A stretch of 64,000 nucleotides of DNA from Acidobacteriota bacterium (GTDB lineage Bacteria > Acidobacteriota > Thermoanaerobaculia > Multivoradales > UBA5704). The stretch is taken from positions 1-64,000 of the forward strand of contig JBDTZG010000005.1 of the NCBI GenBank assembly GCA_040005235.1, written 5' to 3'. The translations under genes were made by a program, and so were the position numbers. Below, piece by piece: positions 8,216 through 18,177 of this stretch (position 1 is the first letter of the stretch; every line of letters begins with the position of its first letter). The notes below the pieces were generated by a model. The model ran no database searches. It saw nothing but the letters and a program-made list of their open reading frames with translations, and was not told the DNA's origin.

Positions 8216-9709
8216 TCAGGGACAGGTGCGGGGGTATCCCGGGAGGTTCCGCAGAGCGGCCATGCGAGGGTCGAGCCGCACCACGGCGGGCGAGACTGAA
8301 TGCTCCCGGCAGGCACGCCGCACTGCACTCATGGCCCGTTCGTTTTCGCCATTCCCCGCGTAGGCCAGAGCGAAGGCGAAAGGAGACACGGGGGCCGATC
8401 TATCGCGGGTTTCGAGATGGGCGAGCATCTCCCGCCATTCTATGCGGCGCCCGGCCCTGCCATAGGCGTAGGCGAGCGCCGCCGTCGAGTCCGGGTTGTC
8501 TCCGGTGAGGCGCCGTGCGGTCTCCAGCTCCGCGATCGCTTCGGCGTGCCGATCCTCGGCTGTGTAGACCTGGCCGAGCAGTAGGTGGGCGCGCGCGAAG
8601 GACGGATCGAGCTCCAGGGCGCGACGGTACTCCGCGATCGCCCCGGAAAGGTCGCCCGAGAAATAGCGCGCCGTGCCAAGCGCGCTGGTGATGATCGGCG
8701 AGAGCGGATCGAGCTCCCGCGCGCAACGGAGTTGGTCTTGAGCCTCTTCGGTGCGGCCGAGGGCGAGAAGGCACCAGGCGTACCAGTGCCGAGCGGTCGC
8801 ATAGCGGGGATCGAGATCGATCGCCCGGCGAAAGTCGCGGTCCGCCCCCGCGAGGTCGCCCTCGATCGACTGCCGGACGTTGGCCCGCGAGGTGAGCGTC
8901 TCGGCGCGATTCCCGGCGAGCCGGACGGCGGTCTCGGCCGACCTCCTCGCCGCCTCGGCGTAGCGCCATTCGGAGGTGTACTCCCAGAGGAGCGCGTTGG
9001 AATCTGCGAGGCCCGAATGGGCGAGCGCAAAGTTCGGGTCGAGGCGCAGGGCTTGATCGAAATAGCCGATCGCCCGGTGGAGGCTTTCGCCGGTCCTTTT
9101 GTTCCAGAAGAAGCGGCCTTTGAGGTACGCCTCGCGCACCGCGGGGCTCGCGGCGGCGAGGCCGTCCGGCGCTTCGCGCTGCGACGAGCGCCAAGTTCTG
9201 GACGAGATCCCGGCGATCCCGGCCAAAACTGCGATCCCGGCCAGAGCGGCGAGGGCGAAGATTTTCCAACGCCGGCGGCGCGCGGCGAGATTCGGGGCTG
9301 CGGGAGCGCCGGTCGTCTTCATCCCTTCCGGGTACGAGTCGACCTCGGCGACCGGCGCCACGAAGCGATAGCCGTACCCCGGAAGGGTCACGATGTAGGC
9401 GTGATCCCGCGGTCCTTCGCCGAGCGCCTTGCGCAGGGCGGAGATGCACTGCGAAAGGTTGTTTTCCTCGACGATCGCGTCGGGCCAGATCTCGCGCAGA
9501 AGATCCTCGCGGCTCACGTCTTGGCCTCGCCGCGCGAGCAGAACCGCGAGCGTCTGGAGCGGCTTGGCCTTCAAGGGGACCGCTCTGCCGTCGCGAAACA
9601 GGCGGCTGCGGAGAGGGTCGAAGCGGAAAGGGCCGAACTCGAAACAACGGACGGACGAAGACGCCAAGGAGGATGGCGGCGGCGGAGGGGCGCTTTCAGA
9701 AAGATTCAC
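8216..9709 (-). CDS. CadC-like winged-helix + TM + TPR transcriptional regulator
   Basis: FEFGPFRFD...IWPDAIVEENNLSQCISALRKALG...IVTLPGYGYRF; AYLKGRFFWNKRT TPR region. Confidence 0.9.
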   Translation of the reverse strand: MNLSESAPPPPPSSLASSSVRCFEFGPFRFDPLRSRLFRDGRAVPLKAKPLQTLAVLLARRGQDVSREDLLREIWPDAIVEENNLSQCISALRKALGEGPRDHAYIVTLPGYGYRFVAPVAEVDSYPEGMKTTGAPAAPNLAARRRRWKIFALAALAGIAVLAGIAGISSRTWRSSQREAPDGLAAASPAVREAYLKGRFFWNKRTGESLHRAIGYFDQALRLDPNFALAHSGLADSNALLWEYTSEWRYAEAARRSAETAVRLAGNRAETLTSRANVRQSIEGDLAGADRDFRRAIDLDPRYATARHWYAWCLLALGRTEEAQDQLRCARELDPLSPIITSALGTARYFSGDLSGAIAEYRRALELDPSFARAHLLLGQVYTAEDRHAEAIAELETARRLTGDNPDSTAALAYAYGRAGRRIEWREMLAHLETRDRSAPVSPFAFALAYAGNGENERAMSAVRRACREHSVSPAVVRLDPRMAALRNLPGYPRTCP

Positions 9710-9808
9710 GAGATTTCACCGCCCGGACCAAGCCCTCCTCGGGTCGCGATCCCTAGGATACAGATCCCGGGGACACCGTTCCACCTCCCCCCGGAGGAGA
9801 GTCTTGAG

Positions 9809-11821
9809 ATGAATGTGAGTCCATTGCGCCGGAAGGCGTACCTGGGAATCGGCGGGGCTCTTGGCATTCTGCTCGCCTGTCGCTGGGTCGGGGCCGAGAC
9901 ACTCGCGCAATCTTCGGATCCGCCCCTCGTGCCGATCGAACAGTGGCTCGCCGAACCGCAGGACGCCGCCGCGCGGCTTTCTCCCGACGGCCGCCTTCTG
10001 GCCTACCTTGCGCTGTATGAAGGAAAGGCGAACGTCTGGGTGCGCTCGCTTCCGAACGGCGAGGGGCGGCCGGTCTCTCGCGAGACCGAACGTCCGATCG
10101 ACCAATTCTTCTGGAGTGCCGACGGGCGGCGCGTCCTCTATCTCGTCGATCGCGGCGGCGATGAGAACTTTCATCTCTATTGCGTGCCGGTGGGGCGGAA
10201 GATCGGCCCGGCGCGCGACCTTTCGCCGTATCCCGGCGTTCAAGTCGAAATCGTCTCGTTCCCGGTCCGGCGCCCGGGGATCGTGGTCGCGACTTTGAAT
10301 CGCCGCGATCCCTCGCTTGCCGACGCATATCGCATCGACCAGAAGACCGGGGCGCTCGAAATCGCGGCGGAAAACCCCGGAGCCTTCATCGGCTACCTCG
10401 CCGACGAAAGGGGCCAGGTCCGCGTCGCCTGGTCGCTCGACGGCGAGGGGCGTTACGAGCTTTGGTCGCGTCCGGCCGAGCGGCGGCCCTGGCGCAAGGT
10501 GCGCACCTACGCGGTGGAGGGCGAGATCAAGCCGCTGCGCTTCGATCGCGACGGCCGGCGAATCTACCTGGTCTCGAACCAGGGCCGGGACCTTTCGCGC
10601 CTCGCTCTGCTCGACCTTGAAACGGGTGTCGAGTCGGAGGTCAATGCCGATCCTCTCGCCCGGGTCGATCTCGATCTCGCCCTGTTCGACGAGGCGACCG
10701 GCCGGCCGATCGCCATCCGGTATTTCGACGACCGGCCCCGCTGGGTCGCGCGACACCCCAAGGTGGAGAAAGCCCTGGCGCTCGCCGGCCGGGCGCGCCG
10801 GGGCGCGGTCACATTGGAGAGCTGGTCCGTGAATCTCGACCGCTGGATCGTGACGCTCGAAGCGCCGGACGATCCGGGGGCGACCTACCTGCTCGACATA
10901 TCGACCGGTGCGGCGACGCGGCTTTCCGAGTCTCGGCCCTGGCTCGCGTCGTTCCCGTTGGCCGACATGGAACCGATCCGGTTCACCAGCCGCGATGGCC
11001 TGGCGCTTACGGGATATCTCACCCGGCCCCCCGGCTCCAATCGGCGGCTGCCGCTCGTTCTCGCGGTCCATGGCGGTCCCTGGTCGCGCGACCGGTGGGG
11101 ATTTTCCGAGGAGACCCAACTGCTTGCCAACCGTGGGTACGCGGTCCTTCAGGTCAATTTCCGCGGCTCGGTCGGATTCGGCAAGCGGTTGGCGCAGGCG
11201 GCGCGGAAAGAATTCGGTCGCGCGATGCAGAACGACCTGCTCGACGCGGTCGCCTGGGCGGTCGATGCCGGAATCGCCGACCCGAAAAAAGTGGCGATCC
11301 TCGGCGGCTCGTACGGCGGCTACGCGGTGCTCGAAGGGCTGGGGGGATCGCCCTCGGTCTTTGCCTGCGGCGTCGATTACGCGGGACCGAGCGACCTCGT
11401 CACCCTGATCGAGGCGTTCCCGCCGTCCTGGCGGCCGTTTCTCTCTCGGCGCTGGTACCCGTTCGTCGGCAACCCGGCGCTGCCCGCGGATCGCGAAGAC
11501 CTCCTTCGCCGTTCGCCGCTCGGGAGGGCCGACTCGATCACCGCGCCGCTCTTGATCTTTCAGGGCGCCAACGACCCGCGCGTCACCCGCGAGCAATCCG
11601 ACGCGATTTTTCACTCGCTTCAGCGGCGGAACGTACCCGTCACCTACCTCCTCGCCGAAAACGAGGGGCACAGCTTCGGCAACCGCGAGACCTCGCTGGC
11701 CGTCCGACGCGCCACCGAGGTCTTTCTGGCCCGCTGCCTCGGCGGCCGGGAGCAACCGAGTGTCGCCCCTGAGGTCGAGGCCACTCTGACCGCCTTGACT
11801 CAGACCAAGACTTTTCAGTGA
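9809..11821 (+). CDS. S9 family (prolyl oligopeptidase/acylaminoacyl) peptidase, secreted
   Basis: VHGGPW, NRGYAVLQVNFRGS, GGSYGG nucleophile, QGANDPRV, NEGHSF; signal peptide. Confidence 0.92.
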   Translation: MNVSPLRRKAYLGIGGALGILLACRWVGAETLAQSSDPPLVPIEQWLAEPQDAAARLSPDGRLLAYLALYEGKANVWVRSLPNGEGRPVSRETERPIDQFFWSADGRRVLYLVDRGGDENFHLYCVPVGRKIGPARDLSPYPGVQVEIVSFPVRRPGIVVATLNRRDPSLADAYRIDQKTGALEIAAENPGAFIGYLADERGQVRVAWSLDGEGRYELWSRPAERRPWRKVRTYAVEGEIKPLRFDRDGRRIYLVSNQGRDLSRLALLDLETGVESEVNADPLARVDLDLALFDEATGRPIAIRYFDDRPRWVARHPKVEKALALAGRARRGAVTLESWSVNLDRWIVTLEAPDDPGATYLLDISTGAATRLSESRPWLASFPLADMEPIRFTSRDGLALTGYLTRPPGSNRRLPLVLAVHGGPWSRDRWGFSEETQLLANRGYAVLQVNFRGSVGFGKRLAQAARKEFGRAMQNDLLDAVAWAVDAGIADPKKVAILGGSYGGYAVLEGLGGSPSVFACGVDYAGPSDLVTLIEAFPPSWRPFLSRRWYPFVGNPALPADREDLLRRSPLGRADSITAPLLIFQGANDPRVTREQSDAIFHSLQRRNVPVTYLLAENEGHSFGNRETSLAVRRATEVFLARCLGGREQPSVAPEVEATLTALTQTKTFQ

Positions 11822-14472
11822 GCGTCGATCTCAGCCAGGCGCTTCTTGGCGTTTACCACCCGATAGTCGCCGGCCGGTAGGCTCGCCACAAGGTCGACGC
11901 CGCTCGACCGGAGGAGCGGGACGGCCTCGTCGCGGCGGCCGAGGGCTAAAAGCGCCGCGCCCCGATCGTTTTCGACCTCGGCGATCCGGTAATGGTGCGG
12001 CGCAAAGGTGGCCACCCGGCTCGGCAGCGAGCGGTCGAGGAGCTGAAGTGCCTCTTCGGCGTCGCCTCGGCCGAGCAGTAGGCGGGCAAGCGACACCATC
12101 GGGCGCGAGGTGTTCAGATGCGCCGGCCCGTACGCTTTTTCGATCATCGTCAACGATTGCCGCAGCTCGACTTCGGCTTCCTTGAGAAGGCCCATCCGGC
12201 GGTGCAGGTCGCCGAGGTTCGACAGGCTGAGGCCGGTGAGCGGATGCTCGGGCCCGAGGATCTTCCGGCGCATCGCGAGCCCTTCGCGGTACTGCGCTTC
12301 GGCCTCCGGGAAGCGCCCCTCGTACATCAGGTTGGTGGCAAGGCTGTCGATGGTGAACGCGATGTCGGGATGCGCTTCGCCCAACCGGCGCCGCTGGCCG
12401 GCCAGCGCCTCGCGGAGCGCCGCTTCGCCCTCGGTCAGCTTTCCCCTCTCGGCGAGCGTCACGGCGTTGCCCTGTAAGAGATCGCAGATCATCGGATGAT
12501 CGGGGGCGAAGTTTCGCCGGGCGATCCTCAAGGCGAGCTGAAACATGCCGAGCGCCGCCTCGGAGTCTCCCTGACGCCCGCGGACCGAGGCGAGATAGGA
12601 GAGGCTGGAGGCGACCTGCGGATCGTCCGCGCCGAGCGCCTTCAAGCGAATCGACAGCGCTTCGCGCTGGGCGGAATAAGCGTCGTCCAGGCGTCCCAGC
12701 TGAAATCGCGACCGGCCGAGCGCTTCGAGCGTGTTGGCTCGCGCCACCTCGGCGGTCGGCCCCAGGGCCTTTTGTTGCAGCTGGCAGGCGGTGAGGATGC
12801 GCTCCCCCTGGGCGTGGTGCCCGGTGACGAATTGCAGCAGGCCGAACTGGTACAGATAGATGAGCCGTTCGGCCGCGGGGATCGCGGTCCGGCCGCTCAA
12901 GGAGAGCGCCCGAACGATCATCGGCTTTGCGCGGTCGAAGGCCCCCAGGTTCAGATAGACGTCGCCGATCACGCTCGCAAGGTGTGCCTCGACCTCCGGC
13001 TCTCCTTCCACCCGTTCGAGCAGGTGGCGGGCGCCGAGGTCCAGCACCTCCTCGACCGTCGGCTTGGAGCTGGTTGCCCGGGCGTTCGGGTCGGCGCCGC
13101 GGAACAGGTCGACCAGCAGCGACAGGGCGCGCTCCGACCGATCGCGCTCGCGCTCGACCCGTCGCGATTGGATCGAGGCGAAGAATCCGTAGCCCAAGCT
13201 CGACAGCCCGAGCAGGCCGGCGAGCACCGCGGCGAGCGGATTGCGGCGCAGGAACTTTGCCGCGCGATAACCCCAGCCGTCCGGCCGCGCTTCGACCGGC
13301 AGGTGCTCCAGGTAGCGGCGCAGATCCTCGCCCAGCCGCTCGACCGAGGCGTAGCGCCGCTCCGGTTCGTGGCGAAGCGCCTTTTGGAGGATGTTGTCGA
13401 GATCGCCCGCGAGCTGGCGGACCAGGCCGCGCGGGGTCGTGCCGCGGCGGCGGGCGATCTCTTCGGGCGACAGCGTCGCTCCGCGCTGCGTCGGCTCGAT
13501 GCGCCGCGCGCGCCGGCTCGGACTGTCGACCTCGCCGGAGCCCGCGGCGGAGGTCGTCGGCCAGGTGGGCGAGGTGCGGGGCAGAGCGCCGGTCAGCAGG
13601 CGATAGAGCACGACGCCGAGCGAGTAGATGTCGGTCGCGGTGGTTACCGGCTCGCCGCGCAGCTGCTCGGGGCTCGCGTAGCTTGGGGTGAGGGCCGGCG
13701 AAATCGTCCGTGCCCCCTCCTCTTCGAGCTCGTTGGGGGAGAGGACTTTGGCGATGCCGAAATCGAGCAGCTTCGGCTGGCCGTCCGCGCCGACCAGGAT
13801 GTTGGTCGGCTTCAAATCGCGATGCACCACGAGGTTGCGATGGGCGTGGGCGACCGCGGCGCAGACGGTCCGGAACAGGCGAATCCGTTCGTGGATCGAG
13901 AGCCCCCGCTCGTCGCAATGGCGGTCGATCGGAAGGCCGTCGATCCGTTCGAGGACGAAGAACGGAACGCCGTCGTCGGTCGTGCCGCCGTCGAGCAGGC
14001 GGGCGATGTTGGGATGCTCCAGCCGCGCGAGGATCTGGCGCTCCGCGACCAGACGCTCGGCGAGCCGCGGATCGACGAGACCCGGATAGACCAGCTTGAC
14101 CGCCACTTGATGCTCGTAGGCTTGGTCGGAGCGCTCGGCGAGGTAGACGACGCTCATTCCGCCCCGGCCGATCTCGCGCACCAGGGTGTAGTTGCCGACC
14201 CGCCGGCCGGCCCACCCCTCGGCGGAGATCCCCGGGCCGGAGGGCGAACCGGAAGAGAGCGGCCGGTTGCCGAACGGCAGCTCGACGCGGGAGGGCGGTT
14301 CGAGGAAGGTGCCGGCCTCGCCGTGCGCCGCGAGCAGGGACGAGACCTCGTCGACGAGGTTCGAATCGTCTTCTCCGCACTCGGCCGCGAGCCAGGCGGC
14401 CCGCTCCGCCTCGGGACGTTCGAGCGCGGCGTCGAGCAGCTCGGAAACCCGCCGCCAGCGTTCAGCGTCCAG
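11815..14472 (-). CDS. Ser/Thr protein kinase with TM and TPR repeats; probable CTG start
   Basis: GRGGMSVVY, VAVK, HRDLKPTN, DFGIAK, TPSYASPEQ; in-frame upstream (M)DAERWRRVSELLDAALE preceded by GGAGG. Confidence 0.9.
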   Translation of the reverse strand: MDAERWRRVSELLDAALERPEAERAAWLAAECGEDDSNLVDEVSSLLAAHGEAGTFLEPPSRVELPFGNRPLSSGSPSGPGISAEGWAGRRVGNYTLVREIGRGGMSVVYLAERSDQAYEHQVAVKLVYPGLVDPRLAERLVAERQILARLEHPNIARLLDGGTTDDGVPFFVLERIDGLPIDRHCDERGLSIHERIRLFRTVCAAVAHAHRNLVVHRDLKPTNILVGADGQPKLLDFGIAKVLSPNELEEEGARTISPALTPSYASPEQLRGEPVTTATDIYSLGVVLYRLLTGALPRTSPTWPTTSAAGSGEVDSPSRRARRIEPTQRGATLSPEEIARRRGTTPRGLVRQLAGDLDNILQKALRHEPERRYASVERLGEDLRRYLEHLPVEARPDGWGYRAAKFLRRNPLAAVLAGLLGLSSLGYGFFASIQSRRVERERDRSERALSLLVDLFRGADPNARATSSKPTVEEVLDLGARHLLERVEGEPEVEAHLASVIGDVYLNLGAFDRAKPMIVRALSLSGRTAIPAAERLIYLYQFGLLQFVTGHHAQGERILTACQLQQKALGPTAEVARANTLEALGRSRFQLGRLDDAYSAQREALSIRLKALGADDPQVASSLSYLASVRGRQGDSEAALGMFQLALRIARRNFAPDHPMICDLLQGNAVTLAERGKLTEGEAALREALAGQRRRLGEAHPDIAFTIDSLATNLMYEGRFPEAEAQYREGLAMRRKILGPEHPLTGLSLSNLGDLHRRMGLLKEAEVELRQSLTMIEKAYGPAHLNTSRPMVSLARLLLGRGDAEEALQLLDRSLPSRVATFAPHHYRIAEVENDRGAALLALGRRDEAVPLLRSSGVDLVASLPAGDYRVVNAKKRLAEIDAH

Positions 14473-15067
14473 GGTGGGCCTCCGCCAATCCAGCCGGCTT
14501 GAGCTCCCGGTAGAGCCAGGCTTTCGCGGCGCGGAACCTCCGGACGACGGTCGCCGAGGAAAGGTCGAGCGCGGCGGCCGTCTCTTCGAGCGTCAGGCCG
14601 CCGAAGGTGTGCAGCTCGACGACAGAGATCGCCTCCGGATCGAATGCCGCCAGCCGTTCGAGCGCGCCATCCAAAGCGATCAGATCGAGCTCGCGGGCGG
14701 GGGCCGCAAGCCCCGCCTCTTCGAGCAAAACGCGCACTCTGCCGCCGCCCCGTTTGTCGCGGGCGAGGCTTCGCGCGTGATCGACCAGCACCCGCCGCAT
14801 CATCCGGCCGGCCATCGCGCAGAAATGGCTGCGGCTGCGCCAGTCGATCGCGCGCAGCTCGGCGAGCCGCAGATACGCCTCGTGGACCAGCGCGGTCGGC
14901 TCCAGGGTGTGCTCGTCGCGCTCGCCGCGCAGTTGCGCCGCCGCGAGCCGCTTCAGCTCGTCGTAAAGCGCCGGGACCCAGGAGTCCGCGGCATCGAGAT
15001 CCCCCGCGCTCCAAGCGTGAAGGAGCTCCGTCACCGACCGTTCCGCGGGCGCCGATTCAGAAGGCAT
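14462..15067 (-). CDS. ECF sigma factor (kinase-associated, TIGR02999-like)
   Basis: VTELLHAWSAGD, LYDELKRLA, HTLEPTALVHEAYLRL, MRRVLVDHAR..KRGG. Confidence 0.93.
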   Translation of the reverse strand: MPSESAPAERSVTELLHAWSAGDLDAADSWVPALYDELKRLAAAQLRGERDEHTLEPTALVHEAYLRLAELRAIDWRSRSHFCAMAGRMMRRVLVDHARSLARDKRGGGRVRVLLEEAGLAAPARELDLIALDGALERLAAFDPEAISVVELHTFGGLTLEETAAALDLSSATVVRRFRAAKAWLYRELKPAGLAEAHPGR

Positions 15068-15221
15068 GGCCCTCAGTATACGAAGCGGGCCCCGTCAGAG
15101 TTCCCCCCCAATGGGATGGGACGAGATGGATTGGGGATGATCGATTCTCCCCGGGTACGGCGCCTATTGAGGGGACGGCGGATTTTGAAGGTACTCGGTC
15201 CGCCGAGGGGGCCGATACGAT

Positions 15222-15626
15222 ATGTGCCGAAGTGAACTTTTTTCTCGCATTCAGAGACTCCTACTCCGCGAAGGGGGCGGTACGGAGCGCACCAACACGC
15301 CGGATCATTTACCGAAGCAATCGTGGGAACGCATGCGCTTCGCCGCTTCGCTCCGGCCGGAAGAGCAGGGCTTGCTCGCAAGCTTCATCGACGACACCCA
15401 CTGGTGCCTGCTGACCTCGAATCGCCTGATCTGGCGAAACGCCCCGACGTCGGGCAGTTTGCGCTGGTCGGAGGTCGAGGAGTTCGACGAAGGTCTCCAA
15501 GAGGTCCTCGTGGGCGGCGGCTGGGGCGACCGCATGCCGCTCCCCGCCGAACCCGGCCGCGGCCGTCTGCTGCTGAGGAGCGCGCTACGCGAGATCTGGC
15601 CCGGAGAGACGGCGAACGCCGCTTGA
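15222..15626 (+). CDS. Hypothetical protein
   Basis: Only protein-like ORF in the gap (WCLLTSNRLIW); weak RBS. Confidence 0.45.
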   Translation: MCRSELFSRIQRLLLREGGGTERTNTPDHLPKQSWERMRFAASLRPEEQGLLASFIDDTHWCLLTSNRLIWRNAPTSGSLRWSEVEEFDEGLQEVLVGGGWGDRMPLPAEPGRGRLLLRSALREIWPGETANAA

Positions 15627-15814
15627 AGCCGCCTGGAGAGAGTGCGCTCCGCCTCAAGTCGGAGCGCGCCGGTCAGACGCGCGGTCCGGCGCCGTCCTTA
15701 AACAAAAGCGCCGTGCCGTCCTTCGCATTGCTCGTCGCCCGCGCAGCTGTCGAGCGGGGTCTGGCAAGCGTAGGCGAAGCCGTCGCGGGACTCGGGATAT
15801 AGTTCGCCGCTCGA

Positions 15815-16831
15815 ATGAAGATCCTGGTCACCGGGGGCACCGGATTCTTGGGGCGTCGGACGGTCGCCGAGCTGGTCGCGCGAGGGCATGTGGTTCGCCT
15901 TCTCGTGCGCGCCGGCTCGTCGCGGGAGCGGTTTCCCGCGGGGGTGGAGTTCGCGACCGGGGACGTCACCGATAGGGGAAGCCTGGTGGCGGCGGCTTCC
16001 GGCTCTGGCGGGTGCGACGCGATCCTCCACGCTGCGGCGCTGGTCAAAATCCTCGCGCCGGCGGCGGAGTTCGATCGGATCAACGTCGGAGGTTTGAACA
16101 ACGTGCTCGCAGCGGCCCGGGCGACGGGCGTCTCGCGGATCACCTACGTATCGAGCTTCATCGCGCTCGGTCCCACCGAAAACGGTCCGGGCGGTATGCT
16201 CGACGAATCGGCGAACACCGGGCCTAGCCAGGGCGAGCGGATCTGGATCAACGACTACGAGCGCACCAAGACACTCGCCGACCGGCGGGCCCGCGCGGCG
16301 ATCGCTGAAGGGACGCCGCTCTCGGTCGTCTATCCCGGCGTGATCTACGGCCCAGGCGAACTGACCGAAGGCAACATCGTCGTCCGCCACGTGCTCGATC
16401 TGATCGGCAAGAAGCTGCCCGCCCTGCTGGGCAAACCCGAACGGCGGTGGAGCTACGTGCTGGTCGACGACGTGGCCCGCGGCACGGCCGACGTGGTGGA
16501 GCGCGCGCCGGGCTCGCGCTATGTGCTGGGGGGAGACAACGTGACCCTGGCCGAGTTCTACGCTCTGGTCGAAGAGCTGACCGGCGTCCCGGTCCCCAAG
16601 CGCCGCTTCCCCGACGGGGTGGCCAAGGCGGCCGGAGCGATGGCCAAGCTCTGGGCGAAAGCGACCGGCACGGTTCCCGCGCTCACGCCCGATCTGGTCG
16701 AAATCTACCGTCACGATTGGGCCTACAGCTCGGCTTCCGCCACGCGCGATTTCGGCTATCGGCCCACCTCTCTGCGCGACGGTATGGGCGCCACGCTCGC
16801 TTGGCTCAAGGAGACGGCCCAGTGGGCTTGA
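15815..16831 (+). CDS. Extended SDR, HpnA/farnesol-dehydrogenase-like NAD(P)-dependent oxidoreductase
   Basis: ILVTGGTGFLG, HAAA, YVSS, YERTK, YPGVIYGPGELTEGN. Confidence 0.88.
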   Translation: MKILVTGGTGFLGRRTVAELVARGHVVRLLVRAGSSRERFPAGVEFATGDVTDRGSLVAAASGSGGCDAILHAAALVKILAPAAEFDRINVGGLNNVLAAARATGVSRITYVSSFIALGPTENGPGGMLDESANTGPSQGERIWINDYERTKTLADRRARAAIAEGTPLSVVYPGVIYGPGELTEGNIVVRHVLDLIGKKLPALLGKPERRWSYVLVDDVARGTADVVERAPGSRYVLGGDNVTLAEFYALVEELTGVPVPKRRFPDGVAKAAGAMAKLWAKATGTVPALTPDLVEIYRHDWAYSSASATRDFGYRPTSLRDGMGATLAWLKETAQWA

Positions 16832-18177
16832 GCCCTCTTCCCGCGGGCGAGTTGCCGCGCAAGGTCGTCCACATCGGGAGCGGCCTGTTCGCTTTGGCGC
16901 TCCGGTTCCTCGGACCGGTCGGCTCCGCCGCGATGGCCTTGTTCGCGATCGGCTTCAACTTCTTGCTCCTGCCGCGCGTGGGGGGCAAGAACCTGCTGCG
17001 GGAAGGGGAGCGCGGGCGCTCGATCGGCATCCTCCTCTATCCCGTCTCGGTGTTTCTGCTGATCCTCGTCTTCTGGCGCCATCTGGAAGTCGCGGCGGCC
17101 GGTTGGGGACTGCTCGCGTTCGGCGACGGCATGGCCTCGGTCGTGGGTCTCTCGGTCGGTGGCGCGCGCCTTCCTTGGAACTCGAAAAAGAGCTGGGCCG
17201 GCACCCTCGCCTTCGTTTTGTTCGGCGGGGCCGCCGCGAGTTTCTTCGTGCTCTGGACGGCGCCCGGGGTCTACACGATCGCCTTCGCCGTCGCGTGTTG
17301 TTCGATCGCCGCTCTGGTCGCCGCGGCGCTCGAATCGCAGCCGCAAGGGCTCGACGACAACCTTGGCGTGCCGATGGTCGCGAGCCTGTTCCTGCTCGGC
17401 CTTCTGCTCACCCAAGGGCGCTGGGCAGACCTGCTCGCGGGGGGCTTTTGGACCCGGGCCGCGATCGGATTTGGGATCAACGCGGCGTTCGCGGCGGCGG
17501 CCTACGCGGCGCGCTCGGTCGACCGGTCCGGCGTGATCGCGGGGACTTTGTTGGGCACCGCCATCTACGCGTTTCTCGATTGGCGTGGGTTCCTTCTGCT
17601 GGTTGCGTTCTTCGTCATCGGCACCGCCTGCACCAAGTTCGGCTACAAGAGAAAAGCAGCGGAAAAGCTCGCGCAAGAGGCGGGAGGCCGGCGCGGCGCG
17701 CGGCATGCGTTCGCGAACGCCGGAGTCGCGGCAGGCTGCGCGTTGTTCGCCGCGGCGACCCCTTATCCCATCCTGTTCGGACTGGCGTTCGCCGGGGCTT
17801 TCGCGACCGCCGCGGCCGATACCGCGGGGAGCGAGATCGGCCAGCTGCTCGGCCGGCGGACTTTCAAGCTGACGACCCTTCGTCCGGTGCCGCGCGGCAC
17901 GGAAGGGGCGGTCTCGCTCGAAGGTACGCTCGCCGGAATTTTCGCCTCGCTGGTGATCGGCGGCCTCGGCTATTGGGTCGGCCTCTACCCCGCGCCCGGG
18001 ATCGCCGTAGTGGCGGTCGCTGCGTTCGTCGGGACGACGTTTGAAAGCCTGGTGGGCGGAGCGCTCGAACGCAGTGCGCTGCTCGACAACGAGGCGCTCA
18101 ACTTCCTCAACACGCTGGTGGGCGCGCTGGTCGCGGCCTCCGCCGCGCTGGTGGGGATCTTGGGGCCTGTGAGCTGA
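16828..18177 (+). CDS. Fusion: phytol/dolichol-kinase-like domain + DUF92 (VTE6-like) domain
   Basis: N-half RKVVHI, GDGMASVVG, NSKKSWAG, DDNL; C-half GGRRGARHAFAN, ADTAGSEIG, GTEGAVSLEG, NFLNT. Confidence 0.88.
   Translation: MSPLPAGELPRKVVHIGSGLFALALRFLGPVGSAAMALFAIGFNFLLLPRVGGKNLLREGERGRSIGILLYPVSVFLLILVFWRHLEVAAAGWGLLAFGDGMASVVGLSVGGARLPWNSKKSWAGTLAFVLFGGAAASFFVLWTAPGVYTIAFAVACCSIAALVAAALESQPQGLDDNLGVPMVASLFLLGLLLTQGRWADLLAGGFWTRAAIGFGINAAFAAAAYAARSVDRSGVIAGTLLGTAIYAFLDWRGFLLLVAFFVIGTACTKFGYKRKAAEKLAQEAGGRRGARHAFANAGVAAGCALFAAATPYPILFGLAFAGAFATAAADTAGSEIGQLLGRRTFKLTTLRPVPRGTEGAVSLEGTLAGIFASLVIGGLGYWVGLYPAPGIAVVAVAAFVGTTFESLVGGALERSALLDNEALNFLNTLVGALVAASAALVGILGPVS

Noticed and set aside
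15698-15800. Cys-rich minus-strand stub (YACQTPLDSCAGDEQC)
   Set aside because: Too short and no start; at best a gene remnant
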